Part shown: in pieces, positions 1 through 9,657 of the stretch | Numbering within the stretch: the first letter of the stretch is position 1 | How the letters are laid out: every line of letters begins with the position of its first letter | Source: an uncultured Dehalococcoidia bacterium | GTDB lineage: Bacteria; Chloroflexota; Dehalococcoidia; Lucifugimonadales; CAUZEB01 | Reading direction: 5' to 3' | Assembly (NCBI GenBank): GCA_964431885.1 | Contig: CAYSLK010000138.1 | Span: 1 to 59,011, forward strand | DNA length: 59,011 bases | Program-made: the position numbers and the translations under genes | The notes under the pieces: generated by a model | Databases searched by the model: none | Told to the model about the DNA's origin: nothing | What the model saw: the letters and a program-made list of their open reading frames with translations, nothing else

Positions 1-202
1 CTCGTTCCAAGGTTTGAAGAATGGGTAATATGAAAGCTGCCGTTTTTCCGGTACCTGTCTGGGCCTGACCGATTACATCATGACCATCCAACATCAACGG
101 AATAATCTCCAATTGAATCGGTGTGGGGGTGATATAGCCAAGATCAGATAAGGTCTGCTCCAGTTGCAATATTAAACCCAATTGGGCAAATTCGGTTGTC
201 AT
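1..202 (-). CDS. DEAD-box ATP-dependent RNA helicase, N-terminal fragment (continues beyond window edge)
   Basis: My own minus-strand translation from ATG at 202-200 gives [62 protein letters not shown]. It carries the Q-motif (TPIQ) and motif I (AQTGTGKT). It is absent from the ORF track because no stop lies in the window. Confidence 0.8.
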   Translation of the reverse strand, partial: MTTEFAQLGLILQLEQTLSDLGYITPTPIQLEIIPLMLDGHDVIGQAQTGTGKTAAFILPILQTLER

Positions 203-302
203 TATACTCTTACCTATTTCTTTTCTGGCTTAGGTTATGTGTTGTATGGTGGTGGATACCCGTAACAAATCGATAAAAACAAAATTGTATCAGGAGCTAG
301 AA

Positions 303-485
303 TTAGTGACGGTTATGACAATCCCTTATATCGGGTTTATCCTTCGTCATTATTGCCCCGCAATCAGGGCAAAACTTAGTGTCAGTCTTTACTGAATGTG
401 GTGGGATTTGGTACTTTAGAGAGTCAGATGGTGATCCACATGTTCTACAAAATTGTTCGTCTCTATCCATACTAGTATTATACAT
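303..485 (-). CDS. small zinc-ribbon protein (hypothetical)
   Basis: 60 aa ORF with two CxxC pairs (CRTCG ... CPDCG) spaced like a zinc ribbon. It lies upstream of the helicase on the same strand. No clear RBS. Confidence 0.4.
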   Translation of the reverse strand: MYNTSMDRDEQFCRTCGSPSDSLKYQIPPHSVKTDTKFCPDCGAIMTKDKPDIRDCHNRH

Positions 486-520
486 GTGATTTACTGATTA
501 TCTAAATTTAGGAGGCTGAA

Positions 521-1753
521 ATGAAAATCATTGATGTCAAATATTTCCCAATAGTCGCTGGTTGGTATTGTGACGATAAAGAAGCTTTGGAAAAAGGGTG
601 TGTCAAATCTGATTATTATTTATTGACCGGAAGCCCTGTAACTAAGGGATTTAATACAGTAAGAGAAGTCGGTACGGGCGTAGGTGTCTCAATAAAACTT
701 GAAAACCAGCGAGTGTTTTACGGCGATGGTACGAGCGTTACCTATGCCGGCACTGCCGGGAGAGACCAACTTTTCAGATATGAAGACTATGTTGATCATT
801 GCAAATCAGTATTAAATAAATTGTTGGTTGATAAAGACACAGAAGATTTCGCAGATATTTGCTCTGCAATTGAAGATCCAATGAATCTGCCTGGCAGTCA
901 TGCGGCCATTCGATATGCTGTAAGTTCTGCATTACTTGAAGCCTCAGCCGCAGTATCCAACATGTCCAAGGCATCTTTCTTATGCAATAAATTCAAGCTA
1001 CCCAAGATAAACAAGAATATTAAATACATGATTCAAGGCGGAAGTGATTGGTACAACAGCGTGGATAAAGCAATATATCACAGAGTAGATGCTTTACCTC
1101 ATGCCCTATTGCATTCAGTCGAAGACGATTTTGGCCCAGCAGGTGAAAAACTAATAGATTATGGGAAATGGATAAAACAGAGGATTGCTGAACATAAAGT
1201 CGAATCAGATTATAATCCCATATTCCATTTCGATTGTTATGGGACTATTGGCAGGGCTTTCAGGAACAATCTGGAAAAGATTTCCGATTATATTGCAGTA
1301 TTGGAAAATGCGATTAGCCCTTTCAACTTGCAATTGGAGTCTCCAATCGAAATGCAAAACAAAAACGACCAAATACAAATATTAGCTGACTTGAAACAAA
1401 CATTGCGAAATAAAGAAAGCCAGACATTAATAGTTGCTGATGAATGGTGCAATGACCTAAGTGATATTTCAGATTTCATCGAATCAAAATCTGTGGATAT
1501 GATTCAGATTAAAATGCCGGATTTAGGCTCAATCACTCAGTCTGTAAAGGCAGTCATGATTTGTCATGAGAATGGTGTGAAAGCTTATCTAGGTGGCAGT
1601 TGTAATGAAACAGATTTGAACGCAAAAAACGCCGTTCACGTAGCAGTAGCAACAGGAGCTGAACAGATTTTGGTTAGACCAGGTATGGGTATTGATGAAG
1701 GGTTTTCTATTATGAAGAATGAAGAGACGAGAATTTTATTGGATTTCCATTAA
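521..1753 (+). CDS. mal: methylaspartate ammonia-lyase (enolase superfamily)
   Basis: Full-length similarity to recalled clostridial MAL: MKIIDV.., DKAIYHRVDALPHAL, DYNPIFHFDCYGTIG, VADEWCN, MIQIKMPDLG, GGSCNETD, RPGMGIDEG. RBS aggagg sits 7 nt upstream of the ATG. Confidence 0.9.
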   Translation: MKIIDVKYFPIVAGWYCDDKEALEKGCVKSDYYLLTGSPVTKGFNTVREVGTGVGVSIKLENQRVFYGDGTSVTYAGTAGRDQLFRYEDYVDHCKSVLNKLLVDKDTEDFADICSAIEDPMNLPGSHAAIRYAVSSALLEASAAVSNMSKASFLCNKFKLPKINKNIKYMIQGGSDWYNSVDKAIYHRVDALPHALLHSVEDDFGPAGEKLIDYGKWIKQRIAEHKVESDYNPIFHFDCYGTIGRAFRNNLEKISDYIAVLENAISPFNLQLESPIEMQNKNDQIQILADLKQTLRNKESQTLIVADEWCNDLSDISDFIESKSVDMIQIKMPDLGSITQSVKAVMICHENGVKAYLGGSCNETDLNAKNAVHVAVATGAEQILVRPGMGIDEGFSIMKNEETRILLDFH

Positions 1754-1772
1754 CTGATAGCCTTACAGTGTT

Positions 1773-1824
1773 ACGCATCAAAACAATTCCAAGGTACCCT
1801 CAAACAGCACAGTGTTTGATGCGT
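1773..1824 (+). other. long imperfect hairpin 20 nt after the mal stop (possible terminator or structured RNA)
   Basis: ACGCATCAAAACA (1773-1785) pairs with TGTTTGATGCGT (1813-1824), giving 12 bp with one bulged A and a 27 nt loop. No U-tract follows, so this is not a classical intrinsic terminator. Confidence 0.35.
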
Positions 1825-1896
1825 CTACTTCATAAATGTATTCTTGTATGCTTATAGTCTTTTTTTGTCTACAATAAGTGAATAAATGACTTGGAA

Positions 1897-1966
1897 AATG
1901 AAGTTCTGTTGACTCAAAAACTGTGGTGAGTAATTTCCCGTTCCGGTTCGAGTCCCACCTTCGGCG
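1897..1966 (+). pseudogene. degenerate tRNA-Leu(CAA)-like remnant (non-functional)
   Basis: CCGGTTCGAGTCC (T-arm/T-loop, loop at 1947-1953) is followed by CTTCGGC-G, which matches the 3' acceptor of class II tRNA-Leu (5' GCCGAAG). Upstream, GTTGA-CTCAAAA (1908-1919) resembles an anticodon stem 5' half plus a loop with CAA. The D arm, the 5' acceptor and the stem complementarity are missing. Confidence 0.35.
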
Positions 1967-2090
1967 ACGGATATGCACTGTTCTTCATTTACTTAAGATT
2001 TATCCGACCCACTGAAATGCGCATTGACAGAAACCCTATGGTTTCATTACTATTACTGGTAGTACGTTGTGTCGGGTGTAGGAGATTTAT

Positions 2091-2912
2091 GTGACGACTC
2101 CAGTGAAATCAAAAAGGGTACTAGAAGCTGCTGGCCTCTTTCTGGATAGTATTAAAGGGAAAGATAATCAAGAGGCAGCCCACCGTGAACTTTATCGTTT
2201 TGTTGATTGGTGTGGAACAGAGCGAACTTTCGAGGCTATTAACCCATCAGAAATCGGAGAGTATGTTGAACAAGTACTTGGCACCGGTACGTCACCCCAG
2301 GCTCCTGTACGTCTTCAAGCTCTTAAAGACTTTTTGATCTACGCTCGCAAACAAGGATTATTGACGATAAATTTGGCACAGCATGTTAGGGTTAGAAAAT
2401 CTAAGGCGAGAGCTGAATCGTCCAACCAGCTCAACTCCCAAGATGTGATAGAACTTACGCGAGACGGCCATGCTCAACTTGTGGAGCAATTGGAGAAACT
2501 GAAGTCAGAGCGCGCTCCACTGGCTATACAAATACAAAAGGCAGCAGCTGATAAAGATGTGCGAGAAAATGCTCCCTTGGAAGCCGCTCGTGAACAATTA
2601 GGGTACGTTGAATCTAGGATCAGAACATTAGAAGAGACATTGAAGAAGGCCGTCATTATTAAAACGACCCGTAAGGGCAAGTCTCAGGTAGTAAAATTAG
2701 GTGTGCGGGTGTCAGTCAAGGATTTGGAAAGCGGTAAGCGTAACAGTTATAGATTGGTTAATTCTACGGAGGCAAACCCTTCAGAAGGCAAGATTTCAAA
2801 CGCCTCACCTCTGGGTAAAGCTCTTTTTAACAGACGAGCAGGAACTGAGATTAAAGTTGATACGCCCAAAGGCATATCTAGATTCGAAATATTGAAGATA
2901 TATTCTAAATGA
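2091..2912 (+). CDS. greA: GreA-family transcript cleavage factor with an extra ~115 aa N-terminal integrase-SAM-like (core-binding type) domain
   Basis: GTG start. Residues ~120-273 align with E. coli GreA: the coiled coil KDVRENAPLEAAREQLGYVESRI matches [23 protein letters not shown] with the acidic tip D and E conserved. The C-terminal domain is YRLVNSTEANPSEGKISNASPLGKALFNRRAGTEIKVDTPKG. The N-terminus (RELYRFVDWCG..I.PSEIGEYVE...RLQALKDFLIYARKQGLL.INLAQHV) resembles the tyrosine-recombinase N-terminal SAM-like domain. Confidence 0.8.
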   Translation: MTTPVKSKRVLEAAGLFLDSIKGKDNQEAAHRELYRFVDWCGTERTFEAINPSEIGEYVEQVLGTGTSPQAPVRLQALKDFLIYARKQGLLTINLAQHVRVRKSKARAESSNQLNSQDVIELTRDGHAQLVEQLEKLKSERAPLAIQIQKAAADKDVRENAPLEAAREQLGYVESRIRTLEETLKKAVIIKTTRKGKSQVVKLGVRVSVKDLESGKRNSYRLVNSTEANPSEGKISNASPLGKALFNRRAGTEIKVDTPKGISRFEILKIYSK

Positions 2913-3113
2913 TTTTTAGATCTGTCTATTGTACATCGAATTTCAAAGTAGCCTATGGCGATAATACCACCCCTTTCTCGACCAGATATATGGCACCCCA
3001 ATGTCCTCTAGAAGACTGTTATCCTGTCAGTCCATAATTTATTTGTTAGCTAGACTCCAATTAAAATACGTAAAATCCATGTCCGTGGTTTTATTTCTAA
3101 TAAGGAGCGAATA

Positions 3114-4238
3114 TTGGCAATCGGTGCAGATATGTCTGAAGAAAACGCCCCTCTTGATATGACAGGAAAAATCATGTCTGTGAAAGGTCCAATAGATCCC
3201 CAACAGGTTGGGATTACATTGATGCATGAACACCTATTTATTGATCTTCGCCTTCCAGGTGGCCTTGATATGAACATACCTGCAACACAAGCGGCCCTGT
3301 GGGACCAGCCCTTAACCCTGAACAATCTCCATGAGGCTAGAGAAAAAGTTCCAATTGCTGACAATGAAATATTTGCAGATGAAAAACTGATTACGGATGA
3401 AGTAACTGAATTTCGAGACGCCGGTGGAAATACTGTTGTAGATGTTACCAGCATAGGTATTAGAAGAGATCCAAGAGCGCTGCTTAAACTATCCAATACA
3501 ACAGGGTTAAATGTAATTATGGGAGCCGGGTGGTATGAAAAAAGATTCCATCCAGATGATATGGATAAGCGAACGGTGGACGATTTAACACAAGAAATTA
3601 TAGACGATTTGACAGTTGGTGTGCTAGATACAAACATAAGGTCCGGCATAATAGGTGAAGTCGGAATCGAAGGCCAGCCCATAGAACCCAACGAAGTTAA
3701 AAGCATACGGGCTTCAGCTAGGGCCAGCCGTGCCACAGGTGCACCGATCTCTTTCCACAGAGGAGGAGTCGGATGGGAGAAACTCGAAACTATCGGTATT
3801 CTTGGAGAGGAGGGAGTTGACTTCTCACGTGTGATTTTTGGGCATAGTGATCCTATAGCGGGAGACATGCCTCTTATGTTGGAACTATTAAGTCATGGCG
3901 TATATATAGAATTTGATCTACTAGGTCGTTTAACTGTGCCGATGAAATGGAAAGCAGAAAGCGATTCGTTCTCGGAATATTATCTAAGTGCCGGTGCAGC
4001 CGTAGTAGCAGACGCTATACCTAAATTAATCGAGGCGGGCTACGAAGATCGTATCCTACTTTCCCAAGACGTCTGTAATAAAATACACCTGAAAAACTAT
4101 GGTGGAACCGGTTACTCTTTCATTATGGATAAATTCCTGCCATACCTCAAAACAGCTGGTTTATCAGAGTCTCAAATCGATTTAATCATGAAAGATAACC
4201 CAAGACGTATTTTGACTTTTTCTAAACCTCGATCATAA
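3114..4238 (+). CDS. phosphotriesterase-family (PTE/Php) amidohydrolase
   Basis: GPIDPQQVGITLMHEHLFIDL is the typical N-terminal PTE metal-binding HxH context. TTG start at 3114 lies 6 nt after AAGGAG; an alternative ATG is at 3132. Confidence 0.85.
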   Translation: MAIGADMSEENAPLDMTGKIMSVKGPIDPQQVGITLMHEHLFIDLRLPGGLDMNIPATQAALWDQPLTLNNLHEAREKVPIADNEIFADEKLITDEVTEFRDAGGNTVVDVTSIGIRRDPRALLKLSNTTGLNVIMGAGWYEKRFHPDDMDKRTVDDLTQEIIDDLTVGVLDTNIRSGIIGEVGIEGQPIEPNEVKSIRASARASRATGAPISFHRGGVGWEKLETIGILGEEGVDFSRVIFGHSDPIAGDMPLMLELLSHGVYIEFDLLGRLTVPMKWKAESDSFSEYYLSAGAAVVADAIPKLIEAGYEDRILLSQDVCNKIHLKNYGGTGYSFIMDKFLPYLKTAGLSESQIDLIMKDNPRRILTFSKPRS

Positions 4239-4250
4239 ACATCAATGCGA

Positions 4251-7019
4251 CTAGACACCGGCTCCAGGACCGTCACTAATTGGGATCAATGAGTAGTGTC
4301 TATCTGCGAGGAGTGCTGCTCTAGCTGCAGCTATTCGAGCTATTGGTACTCTATATGGCGAACAGCTGACATAATCAAGACCTACCGCATGACAAAATTC
4401 TATGCTTGACGAATCTCCTCCGTGTTCTCCGCAAATCCCCAGCACAATATCAGGTCGCGTTTCCTTACCTAAACGAGCAGCTATACTAATAAGTTGCCCA
4501 ACTCCTCTCCGATCCAAAATTTCAAATGGGTCCTGAGAAATTATTCCGTTTTCTTTGTAAGTCGTAAGAAATTTTCCTTCTGCATCATCCCTGCTATAAC
4601 CAAAAGTTGTTTGGGTCAGATCATTCGTTCCGAAACTGAAAAATTCGGCAAATTCGGCGATTTCGTCAGCTGTTAGTGCGGCTCTGGGAATTTCAATCAT
4701 TGTCCCTATCTTATAATTAACACGATTTATTCCGTCCCCAAGATAATCCTCTATTGTTGTTTTTAATTGATCTCTCATATAGCGCATTTCATTCCTATGA
4801 CCCACCAAAGGTATCATTATCTCCGGTCGCACAGATATACCTTGCGCTTGAGTCTTTAAAACCGCAGCCATTATGGCACGGACTTGCATAGCATATATTT
4901 CAAAATACCTAATGCCCAATCTACATCCTCTCAGACCAAGCATAGGATTCGACTCTCGCATTTCATCTAGCACGCTAAGAAGTTTTTCCTTTTCTGATAA
5001 TAAGGCGCTGTCATCTCCTTCAAACCTTAGTTTTATGACCTCTTCCAGGATTTCATCACGATTTGGCAAAAATTCGTGCAATGGAGGATCAAGAAGACGA
5101 ATAACAACCGGTTTCCCTTGCATGACTTTAAATATATTTTCAAAGTCATTGGACTGAAACAATTGAAGTTGATTTATGGTATTAAAATAGTTTTCTCTAG
5201 TTAATGTATCATTCGATTTATTGGACGAAAGATGCGCATAAACAATCATATCCCTCATCAACGTAAGTCGTTCCGGCTCGAAAAACATATGTTCAGTGCG
5301 ACAAAGTCCTATTCCTTCTGCGCCCAGCTCAATGGCCGTCTGTGCATCCTTGGGATAATCTGCATTTGCCCATATCTGCAGAGTTCTTACATCATCTGCC
5401 CATGAAAGTAATTTAGTTAACTCTGATTGACTAGAGATACTGGGTGTTACACTGGTTAAAACGCCTCGGAAGACTTCTCCAGACAAGCCATCTATGCTTA
5501 TTTCTTCTCCTTGATGTACAGTTATATTATTACATGTGAGATATCCGTCTGCAGGATTCACTTCGATATCGGCAGCTCCAGTGACGCAAGGCTTTCCTAG
5601 GCCTCTAGCGACTACAGCTGCATGGCTAGTTGTACCTCCTCTACTAGTTAAAATACCTGCTGACGCCAACATCCCGTGAACATCATCCGGACTCGTCTCT
5701 GGACGTACTAAAATAACAGTCTCACCTGCTTGTGCCATGGTTTTTGCTAAATCCGGGTGAAATACGACTTTACCACTAGCACCTCCTGGGGAGGCTCCTA
5801 ATCCAGTGGCTATAAGCCTCTGATCGCTCTTGGCTTGCTTCTTAGCCTCTTCTTCAAGACTTGGGAGCAAAAGTTGATATATTTGATTAGGATCAATGCT
5901 CAACAAAGCATCTTCAACCTTGATCAAGCCTTCATCTACCATATCAACAGCTATTTTAACTGAGGCCTGTACTGAACGTTTAGCCGACCTTGTTTGAAGA
6001 ATATATAGCTTCCCCTCTTCAACCGTAAATTCGATATCTTGAGCATCCTTATAATGGGACTCAAGTCGAGACCCGACATCAATTAATTCTTTATATACAG
6101 CCGGCATTTCACTTTTCATATCACTTATGTCACGGGGAGTCATGAAACCTGAAACTACATCTTCACCTTGCGCGTTAACCAAGAATTCACCATATGTCCT
6201 GTTTTCTCCTGTCGATGGATCTCTAGTGAAAATCACTCCCGTACAACTTTGACATCCTCTGTTACCATAAACCATAGCCACCACACTCACTGCAGTACCT
6301 AAATCATGGTCGATACTGTGATAGTTTCGATAATCTGTAGCACGGCGACTATTCCAACTATCGAAAACAGCTTGAATCGCCAATTTGAGTTGTAATTTAG
6401 GATCAGAAGGTATACCGGTACCAGCAGACTCTTCTATCAATTCAGTGAATTTGGATATGATACTTCTCAGAGCTTTCGGTGGTAGTTGAGAATTTAAAAG
6501 ATCTCCGGCCAAGACTCTATGCTCATTAATAACGTCTTCAAAAAAATCAACTGGAACACCTAAAACCACATTTCCATACATTTGCACAAATCGCCTATAC
6601 AAATCTAAAGCGAATCGTTCGTTTCCAGTTTGAATCGCTATTCCATTAGCAATTTCCTCTGTCATACCTAAATTAAGAACAGTGTCCATCATGCCAGGCA
6701 TTGACACAGCAGCTCCGGACCTAACTGACACCAATAGAGGATTGGATGGATTTCCAAATATTTTACCCGTCTCAGCCTCAAGAGAAGAAACAGCTTCCAG
6801 AACTTCACTCCACGCAGTATCGGGCAATCTTTTATTTGAATCGTAATACACTTTGCAAGCTTGAGTCGTAACCGTAAAAGAAGGCGGGACAGGGACACCG
6901 AGGGAAGTCATTTCTGCTAATTCTGCACCTTTACCTCCCATCAAATGCCTAAGGTGACTTCCACCATTTTTAGAGTGAATCAACCATTTTGGCTTGCGAA
7001 TTAATCCGTCTGTATGCAA
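4251..7019 (-). CDS. ppdK: pyruvate, phosphate dikinase
   Basis: 922 aa with GGKGAELAEMTSLGVPVPPSFTVTT, the phospho-His loop GGTTSHAAVVARGLGKPCV, and a C-terminal PEP-utilizing domain (GICGEHGGD). Confidence 0.95.
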   Translation of the reverse strand: MHTDGLIRKPKWLIHSKNGGSHLRHLMGGKGAELAEMTSLGVPVPPSFTVTTQACKVYYDSNKRLPDTAWSEVLEAVSSLEAETGKIFGNPSNPLLVSVRSGAAVSMPGMMDTVLNLGMTEEIANGIAIQTGNERFALDLYRRFVQMYGNVVLGVPVDFFEDVINEHRVLAGDLLNSQLPPKALRSIISKFTELIEESAGTGIPSDPKLQLKLAIQAVFDSWNSRRATDYRNYHSIDHDLGTAVSVVAMVYGNRGCQSCTGVIFTRDPSTGENRTYGEFLVNAQGEDVVSGFMTPRDISDMKSEMPAVYKELIDVGSRLESHYKDAQDIEFTVEEGKLYILQTRSAKRSVQASVKIAVDMVDEGLIKVEDALLSIDPNQIYQLLLPSLEEEAKKQAKSDQRLIATGLGASPGGASGKVVFHPDLAKTMAQAGETVILVRPETSPDDVHGMLASAGILTSRGGTTSHAAVVARGLGKPCVTGAADIEVNPADGYLTCNNITVHQGEEISIDGLSGEVFRGVLTSVTPSISSQSELTKLLSWADDVRTLQIWANADYPKDAQTAIELGAEGIGLCRTEHMFFEPERLTLMRDMIVYAHLSSNKSNDTLTRENYFNTINQLQLFQSNDFENIFKVMQGKPVVIRLLDPPLHEFLPNRDEILEEVIKLRFEGDDSALLSEKEKLLSVLDEMRESNPMLGLRGCRLGIRYFEIYAMQVRAIMAAVLKTQAQGISVRPEIMIPLVGHRNEMRYMRDQLKTTIEDYLGDGINRVNYKIGTMIEIPRAALTADEIAEFAEFFSFGTNDLTQTTFGYSRDDAEGKFLTTYKENGIISQDPFEILDRRGVGQLISIAARLGKETRPDIVLGICGEHGGDSSSIEFCHAVGLDYVSCSPYRVPIARIAAARAALLADRHYSLIPISDGPGAGV

Positions 7020-7222
7020 AGCATATCACCTGATATTAAATTTCATTGGGAGGTACTTATAGACAAGCGCAATACATAGTACAACAATGTTAGAATAAAG
7101 TCTTCTTATTTCTTCCTTTTCTTGAAAATTAGCGAACCTTGAGAAGCAGATTTCCTATTACCTCTGTGTTAACCGTCTAAGCTATAGAATGTCTCACACA
7201 TTTTTCCTGTTTTTGTAGGTAT

Positions 7223-7251
7223 TTGCGTTGGCTAACAATCGTGGGTATAGT
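7223..7251 (+). promoter_or_regulatory. candidate sigma70-type promoter for the amidase gene
   Basis: TTGCGT (7223-7228), a 17 nt spacer, then TATAGT (7246-7251), ending about 40 nt upstream of ATG 7290. This is pattern match only. Confidence 0.25.
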
Positions 7252-7289
7252 ATGCACGTATTTCATGATTATTACTCGGAGATCATTAT

Positions 7290-8729
7290 ATGAATTTTAA
7301 ACTTAATGAATTCACGTTTATGGATGCGACCGAACAGGCGGAACTAGTTAAACACAAACAAGTGAAACCCATAGAACTTGTTGAGGCAGCTATAAGACGA
7401 ATCGAGTCCGTAAATCCAAGCTTAAACGCGGTCATCCTTACAATGTATGATCAGGCTCGTGATATATCGTCAGGCCCGTTACAACAAGGTGCGTTCACCG
7501 GAGTGCCTTTCTTGATAAAAGACTTCCTGGCTGAATGCGAAGGGTTTGAATTTAATGAGGGTAGTAAATTCTTAAAGGGATATGTCCCGTTATCTGACAG
7601 TGAATTGGTAAAACGATATAAAGCTTCTGGTTTGATATTCGTTGGAAAAACAAATACACCAGAGTTCGCTATAGGTCCAACTACAGAGCCACGACTCAAT
7701 GGACCTACTCATAATCCGTGGGATCTAAGTCGAACAGCTGGAGGATCTAGCGGAGGCGCTGCCGCAGCAGTGGCTGCAAGAATGCTGCCCATCGCACATG
7801 GTAATGACGCCGGAGGATCCATCCGTATTCCAGCTGGCTGTTGTGGAGTATTCGGTCTAAAGCCTACGAGAGGCCGGAATCCCCTAGGTCCACACTATGG
7901 GGATTTGATAAATGGACTAGTTTCAGAGCACGTTTTAACTATTTCCGTAAGAGACAGCGCAAATATATTAGATGTCTCGTCGGGGCCAAATGCAGGCGAT
8001 CCATATTCTGCTCCACCTCCAAAACGGAATTATATAGATGAGGTAACCACACACCCCGGGCAACTACGTATTGCGTTTTCAACTCAGACACCACTTGGGA
8101 CCAAACTGCATCCAGAAGCAATTAAGTCGGTTCGCGAGACAGCTCAGTTATGCATAGATCTAGGTCATCAAGTAACAGAAATATCTCCAAATTTTGACGC
8201 TGAAACAATGTGGCGTAATTTCACAACAATGCTTGCGGCAGGGTTTGCATGGAGTCTGAAAGACTGGGAAAGACGACTCAATAAGAAAGCCACTCAGGAA
8301 ACGATAGAACCATTTGTGTGGTCATTCATGGCGAGGGGCAATGAAATCAGTGGACCTGATTACCTCTTAGCAGTTCAGACCGTGCAAAGGATCGCTAGAG
8401 ACGTAGCATTATTTTTTGAAAAATATGACGTCTGGCTTGGACCGACTTTGGGCGAACCTCCAGTACCCCTAGGAACTTTCGCATATTCCGGCAACGACCC
8501 TTTTGAAGTTCGTCGAAAGATGACAGCCTTTACTCCTTTCAATTTCGTTAGTAATGCCACAGGACAACCATCAATGTCAGTGCCTCTTTATTGGACAGGC
8601 GATGGTCTACCGATAGGTTCTCACTTTACTGGAAAGTTTGGTGATGAAGCAACCTTATTCCGGTTAGCTGCTCAACTCGAAGATGCGCGTCCATGGGCTA
8701 GCCGACTACCTCCAACTGTTGCGAGCTAG
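7290..8729 (+). CDS. amidase (amidase-signature family)
   Basis: AS signature [13 protein letters not shown] plus the [12 protein letters not shown] motif; 479 aa. Confidence 0.9.
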   Translation: MNFKLNEFTFMDATEQAELVKHKQVKPIELVEAAIRRIESVNPSLNAVILTMYDQARDISSGPLQQGAFTGVPFLIKDFLAECEGFEFNEGSKFLKGYVPLSDSELVKRYKASGLIFVGKTNTPEFAIGPTTEPRLNGPTHNPWDLSRTAGGSSGGAAAAVAARMLPIAHGNDAGGSIRIPAGCCGVFGLKPTRGRNPLGPHYGDLINGLVSEHVLTISVRDSANILDVSSGPNAGDPYSAPPPKRNYIDEVTTHPGQLRIAFSTQTPLGTKLHPEAIKSVRETAQLCIDLGHQVTEISPNFDAETMWRNFTTMLAAGFAWSLKDWERRLNKKATQETIEPFVWSFMARGNEISGPDYLLAVQTVQRIARDVALFFEKYDVWLGPTLGEPPVPLGTFAYSGNDPFEVRRKMTAFTPFNFVSNATGQPSMSVPLYWTGDGLPIGSHFTGKFGDEATLFRLAAQLEDARPWASRLPPTVAS

Positions 8730-8767
8730 GTCAAGAGAAATCACTTAAAACCAAGTTTATTTACCAC

Positions 8768-9535
8768 CTATCGGGCGGTGTACCCACCATCGACAATAAT
8801 AGTTTGTCCAGTTACAAAAGAAGCTTCCTCGGAACTCAGCCATAAAACCGCACTGGCTATTTCCTCGGATCTTCCTAATCTACCAATAGGGTACTTACAT
8901 ATTATATCGTCCGCCATCTCTGGATACTTTTTAAACGACTCCTCAACCAGAGGAGTCATAGTATGACCTGGGCTTACGGCATTTACTCTGATTCCGTCTC
9001 GTCCATATTCCAAAGCTGCTGTTTTAGTCAATCCCATTACGCCATGTTTGCTGGACACATACGCTGAACGGCCAGGAGCACCGACGTGTCCCCCTATAGA
9101 TGCAATATTTGTAATATTTCCTCCATCTACCTGATCCAACATCTGGGATATCTCGTATTTCATACAAATCCACACACCTTTCAGATTGACGCCGAGGACC
9201 CTATCCCATTCAGACTCTGAGGCGCGATGAATCGGTTCTCTATTAGCAGCTGTTATACCAGCGCAATTAAATGCAGCATCCAATCTGCCATATTCTAAAA
9301 CTGTCTTATCTATCATGGCTGTAACATCGTCAATGTGAGTAACATCGGATCTAATTGCAATGGCATGACCTCCACTTGACTCAATCAAATCAACGGTTTC
9401 TACTGCTTTCAGATAATCCAGATCTATAACTGCCACCTCAGCTTGCTCTCGGGCAAACATAATGGCCGTTGAGCGCCCAATACCAGATCCTGCTCCAGTG
9501 ACCAAAGTAACTTTATTTTTAAATCTTGCTACCAT
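8768..9535 (-). CDS. SDR-family oxidoreductase
   Basis: TGAGSGIGRS Rossmann motif and the YVSSKHG catalytic YxxxK. I chose ATG 9535 (MVARFKNKVTLVTGAG) over the upstream TTG at 9565 given in the ORF track. Confidence 0.9.
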   Translation of the reverse strand: MVARFKNKVTLVTGAGSGIGRSTAIMFAREQAEVAVIDLDYLKAVETVDLIESSGGHAIAIRSDVTHIDDVTAMIDKTVLEYGRLDAAFNCAGITAANREPIHRASESEWDRVLGVNLKGVWICMKYEISQMLDQVDGGNITNIASIGGHVGAPGRSAYVSSKHGVMGLTKTAALEYGRDGIRVNAVSPGHTMTPLVEESFKKYPEMADDIICKYPIGRLGRSEEIASAVLWLSSEEASFVTGQTIIVDGGYTAR

Positions 9536-9657
9536 ATCGATTACCAAACAAAGGATATTCAACAAATGTCAACGGAGGTCTTTCATAATGCCTCTATACT
9601 ACCTCAGTCTCAATGCATGAACTATTAAACTTTATCCATAAATACATACATTGCCAC

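Noticed and set aside
1778-1978. 66 aa minus-strand ORF and a functional tRNA in the mal-greA spacer
   Set aside because: The ORF overlaps the tRNA-like remnant and has no RBS or similarity. The T-loop motif cannot be folded into a cloverleaf because it lacks a D arm, a 5' acceptor and a paired T stem. I therefore report only a degenerate remnant.
3050-3868. 272 aa minus-strand ORF antisense to the phosphotriesterase gene
   Set aside because: It is a shadow ORF opposite a gene with clear family motifs, and its composition is low-complexity and Ser/Pro-rich.
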